This document shows, piece after piece, positions 46,294 through 56,079 of a DNA stretch of 64,000 nucleotides (positions within the stretch are counted from its first letter, which is position 1; every line of letters begins with the position of its first letter). The position numbers and the translations under genes were made by a program. Source of the DNA: an uncultured delta proteobacterium (GTDB lineage Bacteria; Desulfobacterota; Binatia; UBA9968); contig CAVSHR010000004.1 in NCBI GenBank assembly GCA_963727625.1, positions 1,568,001 through 1,632,000 of the forward strand, read 5' to 3'. The notes beneath the pieces are model-generated. The model did not search any database. It was given only the letters and a program-made list of their open reading frames with translations, and was not told the DNA's origin.

Positions 46294-46695
46294 CTACAAG
46301 TTCATTTTTCCCAGCGCCTCTTGCAGCTGCGTCGAGGCTTCTTTTTCAGCCGCCGCCGTAGCCTTGGTTTACTTGACCTGGTCTTTTGCTGCCGCGGCGA
46401 TCTCTGTCAACTGTTCGCCAAGCTCAGGCGACTGAGCAGAAAAGTCTTTCAACTCACGGTTCTTTAATAGTTCGTTGTCAGCCGCCGCGGCTTGATTCTC
46501 GCTCTGCGCCGACCGGCCAATGACATCGCCAAATTCTTTGAGCGCAAGTTTAAGCGGCGCGTTTAGCTCCACACCGATGCCGGCAGTTTGCGTCGCCTTG
46601 AGCGGCGGGCTTTCCGGCAAATCGGGGATCACGATCAGCGTCCCCTCCCGGCATTGTCGAAAGATCGCGGATATGCGGGTTAGCCTTCAGCTGCG
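46294..46695 (-). pseudogene. Remnant of a LysM-like / coiled-coil protein
   Basis: KANPHIRDLSTMP(frameshift)GTLIVIPDLP followed by a coiled coil with an in-frame TAA at 46369-46371 (VK*TKATAAAEKEASTQLQEALGKMNL). Confidence 0.45.
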
Positions 46696-46699
46696 TATT

Positions 46700-47246
46700 C
46701 CGGTCTTTTCCGGTCGCCTTCGCCGCCCGCGAAATGTTTCCGTTAGGCTCGGCCAGCGGGTTGGCGACGTAGCCGCTCTCGAACTCCCCCATAACAAGGG
46801 TCTTCGCACGCTGCAGAGATTCGTGCGCTAATAGGTCACGCGATGTTCCCTCAAGAAGTTCGATATCTGCGCGTGCAATGCATCACTCCTGTTCAAGAGC
46901 AAGGCTCTCCGAATCACTCCGTCAAGTTCGCGAACGTTGCCAGGCCAAGTATAGTTGAGTCATTTTTGCCGCGCCGCTGCCGACAGATGAGGGCGACCGC
47001 CATTGCCCCGGGCGGCATAGAGGTCAGAAAGGGCTCGGCCAAATGGAGCGCGTCCGTACCGCGCTCCCGTAATGACGACACTGAAACGGTCAAGACATTC
47101 AAGCAGTAAAACAAATCTTCGTGAAACTGCTTGAGGACTACTTCTTCCTTTAAGTTTGAATTGGTCGCGGCTATCACCCGGACATCGGCAATCATCGAAC
47201 GCGAAGAGCCTAACGGCCTATACTCGCCATCTTGGAGAAACCGCAC
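46700..47246 (-). pseudogene. Degenerate sigma54 activator fragment (AAA+ C-terminal half plus Fis HTH)
   Basis: RFLQDGEYRPLG...DVRVIAATN...FHEDLFYCLNV...LRER, then FESGYV...NGNISRAAKATGKDR in another frame; no Walker A half. Confidence 0.82.
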
Positions 47247-47520
47247 ATGAGTTCCGTATCGATACTGGAGCAGTAGACAAAGTCATCCGCCTCCGACACC
47301 GTTAAGTTCTAGCCAAGTGTGCGCTCCCGCCGGAATCTTATTGTACCGAGTCATGATCTGACGGATTCATTTTGGTGAAGGAAAGAAACGCGTTGCCGAC
47401 TTCAACTGTCTCTTAAAATCCGTAAAGTGCTGCCGGGACAATGGTGATTCGAAGCGGAAGCAAGTCGAGAACAATGAGACAATCGCACATCATGGCGACG
47501 TCGCCCGCCGAACGAATTCG

Positions 47521-47549
47521 TTGACACTGTGTCAGCGATTATGTAAGGC
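47521..47549 (+). promoter_or_regulatory. Putative promoter TTGACA-N17-TAAGGC overlapped by the palindrome TGACAC-T-GTGTCA
   Basis: Perfect -35 at 47521-47526; palindrome 47522-47534; ATG 7 nt after the -10. Confidence 0.45.
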
Positions 47550-47556
47550 AACGGTA

Positions 47557-49122
47557 ATGCAATCGAGCAATGCAAACAATCTGGAGGAATCCGCCAACAG
47601 CGCCAGCCGAGAACACCTACAAAAACTTCGCACCGTGATTAACATCTGCCGGCGCATGAGCGCGATGACCGATCTGGCGTCGCTCCAAGCCCTGATCATC
47701 CGCGATGCCAAGAAACTCTTGCAGGCGGAAAGGGTCAGCGTTTTCCTTTTTGACCGCGAGAATTGCGAACTTTGGTCGGCGATTTCCCAGGAAGGCAAGA
47801 TCATGCGCTTCGACGCCCGGCTCGGTATCGCCGGCGCCGTCGCCATGTCGGGTCAGCCAATCAATGTCGCGGATGCCTACGAGCATCCGCTGTTTTATAA
47901 AGAAGTCGACATTGAAACCGGCTACCGTACCCGTACGCTTCTCGCCGTGCCGCTGCATAGCCTCGATGGCGCGGTGATCGGCGTCGGTGAAGCGAGCAAC
48001 AAAGTCAACGGCGTTTTTACCGATCAAGATGCCGAAATTTTGGCTACCGTGGCGGCACAGCTCGCCGACATTATTGAAAACTCGCCCATTGCAACGGAGC
48101 TGAAAGCGCAAAAACCCAAACCCAACCGCTACCCGGCGGCCCAAATCATTAACGGCTTTTCGACGCAATACATCGTCGGCATGAGTGATCGCATTCAATC
48201 GATCATCAGGCTTATCGACCAAATCCGGCCGAGCTCAGTGGATGTCCTGATTCAAGGCGAAAGCGGCACCGGCAAAGAGTTGATCGCCAAAGCCTTGCAT
48301 TCCAACAGTCGGCGCGCAAAGCAGCCTTTTGTCGCGGTGAACTGCGCTGCCCTGCCGGACAACCTCGTCGAGACCGAGCTCTTCGGCATCGAAAAAGGGG
48401 TTGCGACCGGCGTCGATCGGCGCCTCGGCAAATTTGAGACCGCGCAGGGCGGCACCCTATTCCTCGACGAGATCGGCGATCTTAGCCTTTCAACTCAAGC
48501 AAAAATCCTGCGCGTATTGCAAGAGCGCTCGATTGACCGCGTTGGCGGCCGCAATCCGGTGCCGATCGACGTGCGCATCATCGCCGCGACCAATCGTGAC
48601 TTGGAATTCTGCATGCGCGATAAGCAATTCCGCGACGATTTGTACTACCGGTTGAGCGTAGTGCGTATCCAAACTCCGGCATTGCGCGATATTGCTGAGG
48701 ATATTCCGATACTCGCCAACTATTTTTTGCACAAACAGTGCGCCGCCATGGCCGTCGAACCCAAGCACTTCGCACCCGAAGCGATGGATCGCTTGGCGCG
48801 TTACGATTGGCCGGGAAACGCCCGGCAGCTGGAAAACGAAGTTAAACGCCTGCTGGCCTCCGTGCGGGAAAAGACGATCATGGAAGATCACTTAGCGATC
48901 AAGCCTAATCGGGAAATCGCCGTAGAGCCGGAAGCCCCTCGGTCTTCGGCCGAGGAATCGCTCCACGATACCGTCGAGGCGCTCGAGCGGCGGATGATTC
49001 AAGACGCTTTAATTGCCTGCGGCGGCAACAAGCTCAAGACGGCGCAGCGTCTCGGTCTGAGCCGGCAGGGCCTGTTTAAAAAGCTCAAGAAACTCGGCGT
49101 GCCCACACGTGAATTAAAATGA
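47557..49122 (+). CDS. GAF-AAA+-HTH sigma54-type enhancer-binding protein with a GVATGV loop
   Basis: cNMP-PDE-type GAF (GIAGAVA...VADAYEHPLF...D..TGYRTRTLLAVP...NK), GESGTGKE, ELFGIEKGVATGV, WPGNARQLEN, Fis HTH. Confidence 0.93.
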   Translation: MQSSNANNLEESANSASREHLQKLRTVINICRRMSAMTDLASLQALIIRDAKKLLQAERVSVFLFDRENCELWSAISQEGKIMRFDARLGIAGAVAMSGQPINVADAYEHPLFYKEVDIETGYRTRTLLAVPLHSLDGAVIGVGEASNKVNGVFTDQDAEILATVAAQLADIIENSPIATELKAQKPKPNRYPAAQIINGFSTQYIVGMSDRIQSIIRLIDQIRPSSVDVLIQGESGTGKELIAKALHSNSRRAKQPFVAVNCAALPDNLVETELFGIEKGVATGVDRRLGKFETAQGGTLFLDEIGDLSLSTQAKILRVLQERSIDRVGGRNPVPIDVRIIAATNRDLEFCMRDKQFRDDLYYRLSVVRIQTPALRDIAEDIPILANYFLHKQCAAMAVEPKHFAPEAMDRLARYDWPGNARQLENEVKRLLASVREKTIMEDHLAIKPNREIAVEPEAPRSSAEESLHDTVEALERRMIQDALIACGGNKLKTAQRLGLSRQGLFKKLKKLGVPTRELK

Positions 49123-49232
49123 AAAGACTTCTAACCACAAAATCGGCCGAAACCCGATGCCGGAGCGTCACCGCGAATCGGCCGCATCGCCGTTAATCCG
49201 CACCGGCGAAGAGCGCGAATCCTCTGATCGTC

Positions 49233-49463
49233 TTATTTCATCTTGTTGAAAATGCCCTTGGCCGCTTGTTGGAGCAGCGGGTTTCGCACGATCACCTTCG
49301 AGATCGCGCTGCGCAGCTTGGCCTCGCTACTTTTGGCTTTTGAAGCCTTCTTCTGGGCGTTGACCGCCGCCTGCAAGTCTTTGTTCTGCTTGATCAACGC
49401 GCGAATCGCCTTGCGCATCTTGGCGGCTTTCGCTTCCGATAGTTTCGGTCCGCTTTTGCCCAT
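49233..49463 (-). CDS. Small, highly basic two-repeat helical protein (76 aa)
   Basis: GGAGGT RBS, own TTGACA-N17-TAGCGC promoter (49497-49525); 16 Lys, 4 Arg, 3 acidic residues; internal repeat. Confidence 0.75.
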   Translation of the reverse strand: MGKSGPKLSEAKAAKMRKAIRALIKQNKDLQAAVNAQKKASKAKSSEAKLRSAISKVIVRNPLLQQAAKGIFNKMK

Positions 49464-49521
49464 GCAACACCTCCGTGTGATTGTCAAAGTTTTCCTGCGC
49501 TAGTCACGCTCCGGTTCCCTG

Positions 49522-51306
49522 TCAAGAATTATTTCCGCACTGCGCGGCGATCGCCGAATCGTCAGTGCGGTCGCTGACTTTGAGTTTTTGCAGTTTCATT
49601 TTTATTTTTGCATCGCTGCGAAATCGCGTCGGTTTCGATGACATCTTGATGAAATCTTCCAGCAGGCTTGCGAACCGCTTGCTCCAACTCGATGGATCGG
49701 AGCCCTCGTAAAGATTGGCGATGCTCACGTCATGGCCCAAACCGCGGAATTCGAGCAACACGCGGCTGCCGTCCTTCAGTCCGTAGGTCAAAAAGTCCTC
49801 GGCCTGGCAACCTGCAACAACCGTGTCGCGGCTTCCTTTAATCAGCAGCGTCGGCACTTCATGGCGATAATCCGCGGGATTCCATGGGCAGATTTTTTCA
49901 TCCTCGACAATACCGATTTTTTTAGCCTGGTCCCGGCCGAATTTCTTGGCGTCGCCCGATTGATTCGCGAATCTCTCGAGATCTTTCCCGTAAAAGCAGC
50001 CCTTCGCGCCCATCATCACCGATATCCAGCGAGCCACGCCGTCGTACACGCCGAATACATAACTGCCCCGGCGCGACTCTCGCCCGCCAAGCCGGGCCCG
50101 CAGCTCTTCCTTAGCAGCCTTGAACCGCTCGCAATATTCGCATTCCGAATCCGTGCCGCCGAAGAGCCCGCTCTTTACGGTGCAGCGGCCGGGATTGTCC
50201 GAAATCAGATAATAGGCAATCACCAACGCCGCGTTAATCCGATTGCGGCTGTCCGCGACGAAAACCAGTGCGTTTTTCTCCGGCGCACCGGCCATTTGCA
50301 GGTAGCGCACGGCGGCAAAAAATTCTATGGGGAATTGTCCGAACGCGGCTCGAAAGCGCTTGTCATCCTTCTTCAACTGGGCATAGTTGTCAACGACAAA
50401 ATCGGCGGAGCCGTAGTTTTCGTCGATCTGAGGCAGGATTTTTTCCAGTCGCTGGGCGATCTTGTCGGCGGCTTCCGTTTTCAAAAAGCAAAAATTGTCG
50501 CTCGGCCCCAGCCGGTTATCGAAAATCGTAATTTGCGGATCGGCATAATCGGTGACCAATCTTTTCAAGAACGAAGCGGAAGCGCAGGTGCAATCGGTGG
50601 CGCCTTGCGTGCGGTAATAACTAATAATCGCTTTGAGATTATCGATAGTCATACGGGTGCGCGCCTCGTGAGTGTCGGTCCGGTGGCGATCCACCGGCCC
50701 CGACAAGATCAAGCTCGTCACTTTGGGATTGGCATCGTTGGGCTTGCCATACCTGGCCGCGTAGCGCTGCGCGATCACCGTGCCCCAACTATGCGCATAG
50801 ATCGCATCCCAAGCCCTCCCCTTCAGCACCTCTTGGCGCAGCCGCTCGATGTCTTCGACGACGTAATCGGCGCGCAAAAACTGATCGTACACCTTGCTGC
50901 CGTCGATCGCGCTTGCCGCCATGCCGCGCGGGTGAAAGTAAACCACGTTGTGCTTTTTCTCCAAAAGCCGCAGCGCCGAGGTCCTGCTGCCGGTATCGAC
51001 GATCGCACCCGGACCGCCGGGAATAAAGAGAATGTTCAGTCGTTGTTTCTTGCTCAAGTCGAAACCATCGGCAAGAAAGTAAGCGAGGTCGAATTGGCAA
51101 GCTGCCGGTTTTTCGCTGCAATGCAAGCCGGCCGGATAAGTTTTACCTGGAGGCAATAACGGCAATCGGAGCGACGCGCCTTCCGCGTCACCGGGCTCGC
51201 CCATTTCTTTGGGCGTCCACTTCTCGCCGGAGACTTCGCCGGCGGGCGCCGCTTGCGTCCAAACAACAACGAATAGACAGCCGATTCCGATCAGGATGTG
51301 CTTCAT
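49522..51306 (-). CDS. Secreted alpha/beta-hydrolase (S33 proline-iminopeptidase/TAP-like)
   Basis: Signal peptide MKHILIGIGCLFVVVWTQA, oxyanion PGGPG, nucleophile AHSWG, GSRD, GLGHD; many Cys. Confidence 0.85.
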   Translation of the reverse strand: MKHILIGIGCLFVVVWTQAAPAGEVSGEKWTPKEMGEPGDAEGASLRLPLLPPGKTYPAGLHCSEKPAACQFDLAYFLADGFDLSKKQRLNILFIPGGPGAIVDTGSRTSALRLLEKKHNVVYFHPRGMAASAIDGSKVYDQFLRADYVVEDIERLRQEVLKGRAWDAIYAHSWGTVIAQRYAARYGKPNDANPKVTSLILSGPVDRHRTDTHEARTRMTIDNLKAIISYYRTQGATDCTCASASFLKRLVTDYADPQITIFDNRLGPSDNFCFLKTEAADKIAQRLEKILPQIDENYGSADFVVDNYAQLKKDDKRFRAAFGQFPIEFFAAVRYLQMAGAPEKNALVFVADSRNRINAALVIAYYLISDNPGRCTVKSGLFGGTDSECEYCERFKAAKEELRARLGGRESRRGSYVFGVYDGVARWISVMMGAKGCFYGKDLERFANQSGDAKKFGRDQAKKIGIVEDEKICPWNPADYRHEVPTLLIKGSRDTVVAGCQAEDFLTYGLKDGSRVLLEFRGLGHDVSIANLYEGSDPSSWSKRFASLLEDFIKMSSKPTRFRSDAKIKMKLQKLKVSDRTDDSAIAAQCGNNS

Positions 51307-51324
51307 AGGCTCCAATCCATTTTG

Positions 51325-54300
51325 CTATGTCAGCGCGATATCGGCGATGCGCTGCTCACGATCCGTAACCATCCGCGCCAAGATCGCCGAATAGTTCTTT
51401 AACAGCCGTGCGATCCCGGCAGAATCGAATAGATCAGTCTTGTAGTTGACAGCTCCCGTCAACTTCGCTGACAGCTCGCGTAAATGAAAGTTGACATCCA
51501 GCCGCGAAATCCCGATGCCGGGGTCACTTAAGCGGTTGTTGTCGTTCCAAGAAGCAATTGTAAGACCATTCACCTGCTTACTCGCTGTCGATTGGTTTCG
51601 GTAATTAAGCATTACCTGATAGAGCGGCGCGCTGGTTTTTTTCCGCCGCCTTTCAAGCAGCGTTTCGAGATATTCGAAGGGCAACTCTTGATGGGCATAC
51701 GCGGCGATACAGCACTCCCGCACGGCCCGAATTAACTCGGCAAACGTCATCTTCCCCTCAACCGCCGTGCGCAGCACCAGCGCGTTGACGAAGTAGCCGA
51801 TCAGCCCTTCGGTTCCAGCGAGCCCTCGGTTAGCCGATAGCGTGCCGATCGAAATGTCCTTTTGCCCCGTGTAATGATGGATGAGAGCGCTCAGGGCCGC
51901 GACGAAGATCATGAAAGGCGTGCAGTTCTGCTCGCGGGCGAATGACTTTACCCGGCTGAATAGTTCGGCGTCAAACTCCACCGGCCGCCGCGAGCTATGG
52001 TAACGCGGAGGGGTTTTGCTCTTGCTCCGGCGAAATTCGAGCGCGGGACCGAGCCCGTCGAGCTGCTTTTTCCAGTAGGAAATCTGCGGCTCGAAATGCC
52101 CTTTGCTGAGCGACGCCCTCTGCCAGCGCGCAAAGTCGGAATGTTGGATCTCCGGCTCGGGCAAAGGCGACGGTCGGTCTTTTGAGAACGCGTCGTAAAG
52201 CGCGGTCAGTTCGCGGCGAAACACTCCCATCGACCACTGGTCCGTAATCAGGTGATGCATGGTCAATAGTAAGACATGCCGCTCGGCGGCGAGGCGAACC
52301 AGCTTGACTCTTATGAGCGGCGGCTCCTCCACGTCGAAGCTTTGTGTCGCATCCTGCTTTGAGATCCGCTCCAGTGTAAGGTCTCGCTCCGCCGCCGGTA
52401 GCCGTGTCAAATCGATGAGAGGAAACTTCACCCGTAGCCTTTGACGAATGAATTGCCTGGCTCCGTTTTCGGTCTCTCTAAAGCCCGTGCGCAGCGCGGC
52501 ATGGCGTCCAACGATCTCGGCGAGCACTCGCTGTAATGCCGGCAGGTTTAAAGAACCGCTGAGCCGATAGGCGTAGGGCATGTTGAGGAAATCGCCGCCG
52601 CCGAACAATTGACTAAAGAGAAATAGCGGCTCCTGGCTCAAGGACAACGGCAGCCCGCCCCGCCGCGGCGCCGGTTTGATCGGCAATAGCTCCACACCGT
52701 CGCCGTTGTGAAACATTTTTTCCACCGTCGCCGCGAAACCGGCCACCGTGGGCGCTTCGAAGAGATCGCGCACCGGCACCGGCCGGCCCAGGGCGTCGCG
52801 CAGCCTGGCCGCGACTTCGGCGGCCAACAGCGAATGGCCGCCAAGCTCGAAAAAATTATCGTGAACGCCGATCGCCTCGACCCCTAAGACTTTCTCCCAT
52901 ACCTGTGCCACAAGGCCTTCTAATTCCGTGCGCCGCTTGGAAAGAGTAGCGGCGGCGATCGGCGCAGCGGGCGCCGGCAACGCGCCCCGATCGATTTTGC
53001 CATTGGGCAACAGCGGCAGGGCATCGAGAAAGACGAAACCTGCTGGAAGCATAAAATCCGGCAATCGCTCTTTCAGAAAAGTTCGGAGCTCGCGTGCAGC
53101 CGGCGGGCATTCGCGTGCCACGACATAGGCAACGATGAATGGCTCAGATTTTGGATTATCGGATTTCCGTCGCTTCCCTAAATGCACAACCACGGAGCAT
53201 TCGCGCACATCTGGATGTCGGCTGAGAGCGAATTCGACTTCGCCGAGCTCGACCCGGCAACCGCGGATCTTGACCTGCTGATCGAGACGGCCCAAAAACT
53301 CGATGTTGCCGTCGGCACAGTAGCGCGCCAGGTCGCCGGTGCGATACAGGCGCACACCGGCCCTTGCGGGAAAAGGATCGGCGATGAACCGATTCGCGGT
53401 CAACTCCGGACGAGCGTGATAGCCGCGCGCGAGATTTTCGCCGCCGACGTAGAGTTCGCCGCGCACCCCCACGGGCACCGGCTGCATCTGATCGTCGAGG
53501 AGATAAATCTGCGTATTATCGATGGGCCGGCCGATCGGAACCGCAGCATCGCAATGGTCATCGCCGACTTCGTAATAAGTCGCGTCCCCGGCCACCTCGG
53601 AAGAGCCGTACAGATTGATCAACCGGCAAAAGGGCAAGCTCTCACAAAACTTCCGAGCGATTTCAGTCGACAGCGTTTCGCCGCTGCTGAAACAATAGTT
53701 AAGAGCACGCAATTGCTTCGGCGCATCGCGGCAGTGTTCGAGCATTTCTTTCAAGAATGATGGAACCAACACCAGCCGTGTTACCCCGCACTCGGATAAA
53801 TAATTGACGAAAAGCTGGGGATCTTTCGCGGCTGAATCGGGAACGATCGCCGTCGGGACGCCCTGCAGCAAGGCACCGAAGATCTCCCAAACCGAATCAA
53901 CAAAGCTCAGCGAAGTCTTTTGGCAGCTCTTTTCGCCCGTGCCGAACGGGTAGCGCCGCCACATCCAGGCGAAACGATTGAGCACACCGCGATGGGGTGC
54001 GACAACACCCTTCGGTGTCCCCGTCGAACCTGAGGTGTAGATGACACACATGGCGTTTTCGGCGCGAGCCTGTTTCTTGAGATTGGCCGCGGCGCCGGAC
54101 CGGTCGCGCAGCAACTGCTCGATCGACACTTTTTTACCGATGAAATCTGCAATTCGACCGGCGTATTTTTCCTGGGTCAACAAAACTGCAGCTCGGCTGT
54201 CGGCCAACATGAACCTGAGACGCTCTTCCGGGTAAGCCGGATCCAACGGCAGATAGGCGCCGCCGGCCTTGAGAATCGCCAACAACGCGACAACCGTTTC

Positions 54301-56079
54301 CATGGACCGATCAGCCATCACGCCGACGAGCTGTTCGGCAGCCACGCCGAGGGTTCGAAGCTCGCGGGCCAATCGGTTCGCCCGGGAGTTAAGCTCCCGA
54401 TAGGTCAATTTCTCGCCAGCGCATTCCAGCGCGACTCGCTCCGGCGTGCGCACCGCCTGGGCTTCGAATAGTTCATGGATACACGAGTCTTTGGGAAATT
54501 CCGCCGCCCCGTCGTTCCACTCGACGAGCAACTGCGCGCGCTCCGCTTCCGAGAGCAGCGGCAACGCGGCAATCGAGCGCTCAGGATCGGCGACGATACC
54601 CTCGAGCAAAGTTTGGAAATGGCCCGTCACCCGTTCGATCGTCGCGCGCTCGAAGAGCTCGGTCGAGTATTCGACAAAGCCGATTAACCGGCGGCGCCGC
54701 TCGCGCAGGTAAAGCGACAAGTCGAACTGCGCCGTTCCGCTGTCGATCTCACACGAGTGCAATGTCAAGCCGGCCGGCTGGATTGACCGGACCGGGGTAT
54801 TCTGCAAAACGAACATGACCTGAAACAGCGGCTGGCGGTTGAGCTCGCGCCGCGGCGCCAACTCTTGCACCAACATTTCGAAGGGCACCGCCTGATGCGC
54901 GAAGGCGCCGAGACAAACTTCGCGCGCGCGGCCGAGCAACCGGCGAAAGCTCGGCGCGCCGGTCAAATCCAGGCGCAACGCCAGGGTGTTGACGAACAGG
55001 CCGACAACGCCTTCAAGCACGCTCGCCTTCCGGTCGGCCGCCGGCGCGCCGACGACGACATCGTCTTGCCCGGAGTAGCGGCTGAGCAGCACCTGAAACG
55101 CCGCGAGCAGCGTCATGAACAGAGTCGCGCCCTCGCGCCGGCTCAGCTCGTTGAGCCTCACGGTCAATGCTTCGCTCAGAGCAAATTCGATTTTTGCCCC
55201 GGCAAAACTCGGCGTCATCGGACGCGGACGGTCCGTGGGCAGGTCGAGCAGCGGCGCCTCGGTCAGCCGTTCGCGCCAATAGTCGAGCTGAGGTTTGAGC
55301 CCGTCATCCTGCAACCGGGCGCACTGCCAAGCGGCGTAATCGCGATAACGGCAGGTAAGCTCGGGGAGCCGCGGTGTCTGAGTGGAACAAAAATTTTCGT
55401 AGAGCGTCCAGAGCTCGCGCGTGAGGACGCCCATCGACCAAGCGTCAACGACCAGGTGGTGGGTTAAAAGCGCTAGGATATGCTCTGCGTCGCCGAGACG
55501 GAGCAAACGGATGCGCAGCAACCGGCCGTCACTAAGAGCGAAAGGTTCTTGCACGGCTTCGCGAATCAGACGCGCCGCTTCGACTTCCCGAGCGGCCTTT
55601 GCAAGCGGCCGGAGATCCACTGGGTGGAGCGACAATGCCGTAAACGGCTGAACCCTCTGAAACGGCCGTCCGTCGACGGCGCTGAACTCCGTGCGCAGTG
55701 CTTCGTGGCGCCGCGCGAGTTCATTGATACCGGACTGCAATGCGGCAGGACGGAACGGCCCAAGAATGCGCGTTGCCCGGCAAAGATTGAACACCCCGCA
55801 ACCCGGCGCCAATTGCTCCAGGAACCACAATCGCTCCTGAGCGAACGACAAGGGCGCGGGCTGATCGTCGGCGAGCCGAGGAATCGACGGCTCGCCGCCA
55901 TTGGATTCGGCATTGCAATTGTTCAGTAGCGAGAGGATGACGTCTTTTTGTTCGGCAATCTGGCCGCGAAGCTCGGCAGTGAGCCGGCCCTTGGGCGCAT
56001 TGACCCGCAGCCGCTCGCCGTCGGCAACGAGCCGCACATCGAGTGCCTGGAGCCGGTCCATCAATTCGCTGGCGTTTAT
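51325..56079 (-). CDS. NRPS: TubC_N docking-C-A(beta-Ala-type)-T-C(terminal), no TE; probable ATA start
   Basis: DGERLRVNAPKG (TubC_N), HHLVVDA, YTSGSTGTPKG, FVDSVW, YGSSEVAGD, GGHSL, terminal HHLITDQ. Confidence 0.95.
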   Translation of the reverse strand: MNASELMDRLQALDVRLVADGERLRVNAPKGRLTAELRGQIAEQKDVILSLLNNCNAESNGGEPSIPRLADDQPAPLSFAQERLWFLEQLAPGCGVFNLCRATRILGPFRPAALQSGINELARRHEALRTEFSAVDGRPFQRVQPFTALSLHPVDLRPLAKAAREVEAARLIREAVQEPFALSDGRLLRIRLLRLGDAEHILALLTHHLVVDAWSMGVLTRELWTLYENFCSTQTPRLPELTCRYRDYAAWQCARLQDDGLKPQLDYWRERLTEAPLLDLPTDRPRPMTPSFAGAKIEFALSEALTVRLNELSRREGATLFMTLLAAFQVLLSRYSGQDDVVVGAPAADRKASVLEGVVGLFVNTLALRLDLTGAPSFRRLLGRAREVCLGAFAHQAVPFEMLVQELAPRRELNRQPLFQVMFVLQNTPVRSIQPAGLTLHSCEIDSGTAQFDLSLYLRERRRRLIGFVEYSTELFERATIERVTGHFQTLLEGIVADPERSIAALPLLSEAERAQLLVEWNDGAAEFPKDSCIHELFEAQAVRTPERVALECAGEKLTYRELNSRANRLARELRTLGVAAEQLVGVMADRSMETVVALLAILKAGGAYLPLDPAYPEERLRFMLADSRAAVLLTQEKYAGRIADFIGKKVSIEQLLRDRSGAAANLKKQARAENAMCVIYTSGSTGTPKGVVAPHRGVLNRFAWMWRRYPFGTGEKSCQKTSLSFVDSVWEIFGALLQGVPTAIVPDSAAKDPQLFVNYLSECGVTRLVLVPSFLKEMLEHCRDAPKQLRALNYCFSSGETLSTEIARKFCESLPFCRLINLYGSSEVAGDATYYEVGDDHCDAAVPIGRPIDNTQIYLLDDQMQPVPVGVRGELYVGGENLARGYHARPELTANRFIADPFPARAGVRLYRTGDLARYCADGNIEFLGRLDQQVKIRGCRVELGEVEFALSRHPDVRECSVVVHLGKRRKSDNPKSEPFIVAYVVARECPPAARELRTFLKERLPDFMLPAGFVFLDALPLLPNGKIDRGALPAPAAPIAAATLSKRRTELEGLVAQVWEKVLGVEAIGVHDNFFELGGHSLLAAEVAARLRDALGRPVPVRDLFEAPTVAGFAATVEKMFHNGDGVELLPIKPAPRRGGLPLSLSQEPLFLFSQLFGGGDFLNMPYAYRLSGSLNLPALQRVLAEIVGRHAALRTGFRETENGARQFIRQRLRVKFPLIDLTRLPAAERDLTLERISKQDATQSFDVEEPPLIRVKLVRLAAERHVLLLTMHHLITDQWSMGVFRRELTALYDAFSKDRPSPLPEPEIQHSDFARWQRASLSKGHFEPQISYWKKQLDGLGPALEFRRSKSKTPPRYHSSRRPVEFDAELFSRVKSFAREQNCTPFMIFVAALSALIHHYTGQKDISIGTLSANRGLAGTEGLIGYFVNALVLRTAVEGKMTFAELIRAVRECCIAAYAHQELPFEYLETLLERRRKKTSAPLYQVMLNYRNQSTASKQVNGLTIASWNDNNRLSDPGIGISRLDVNFHLRELSAKLTGAVNYKTDLFDSAGIARLLKNYSAILARMVTDREQRIADIALT

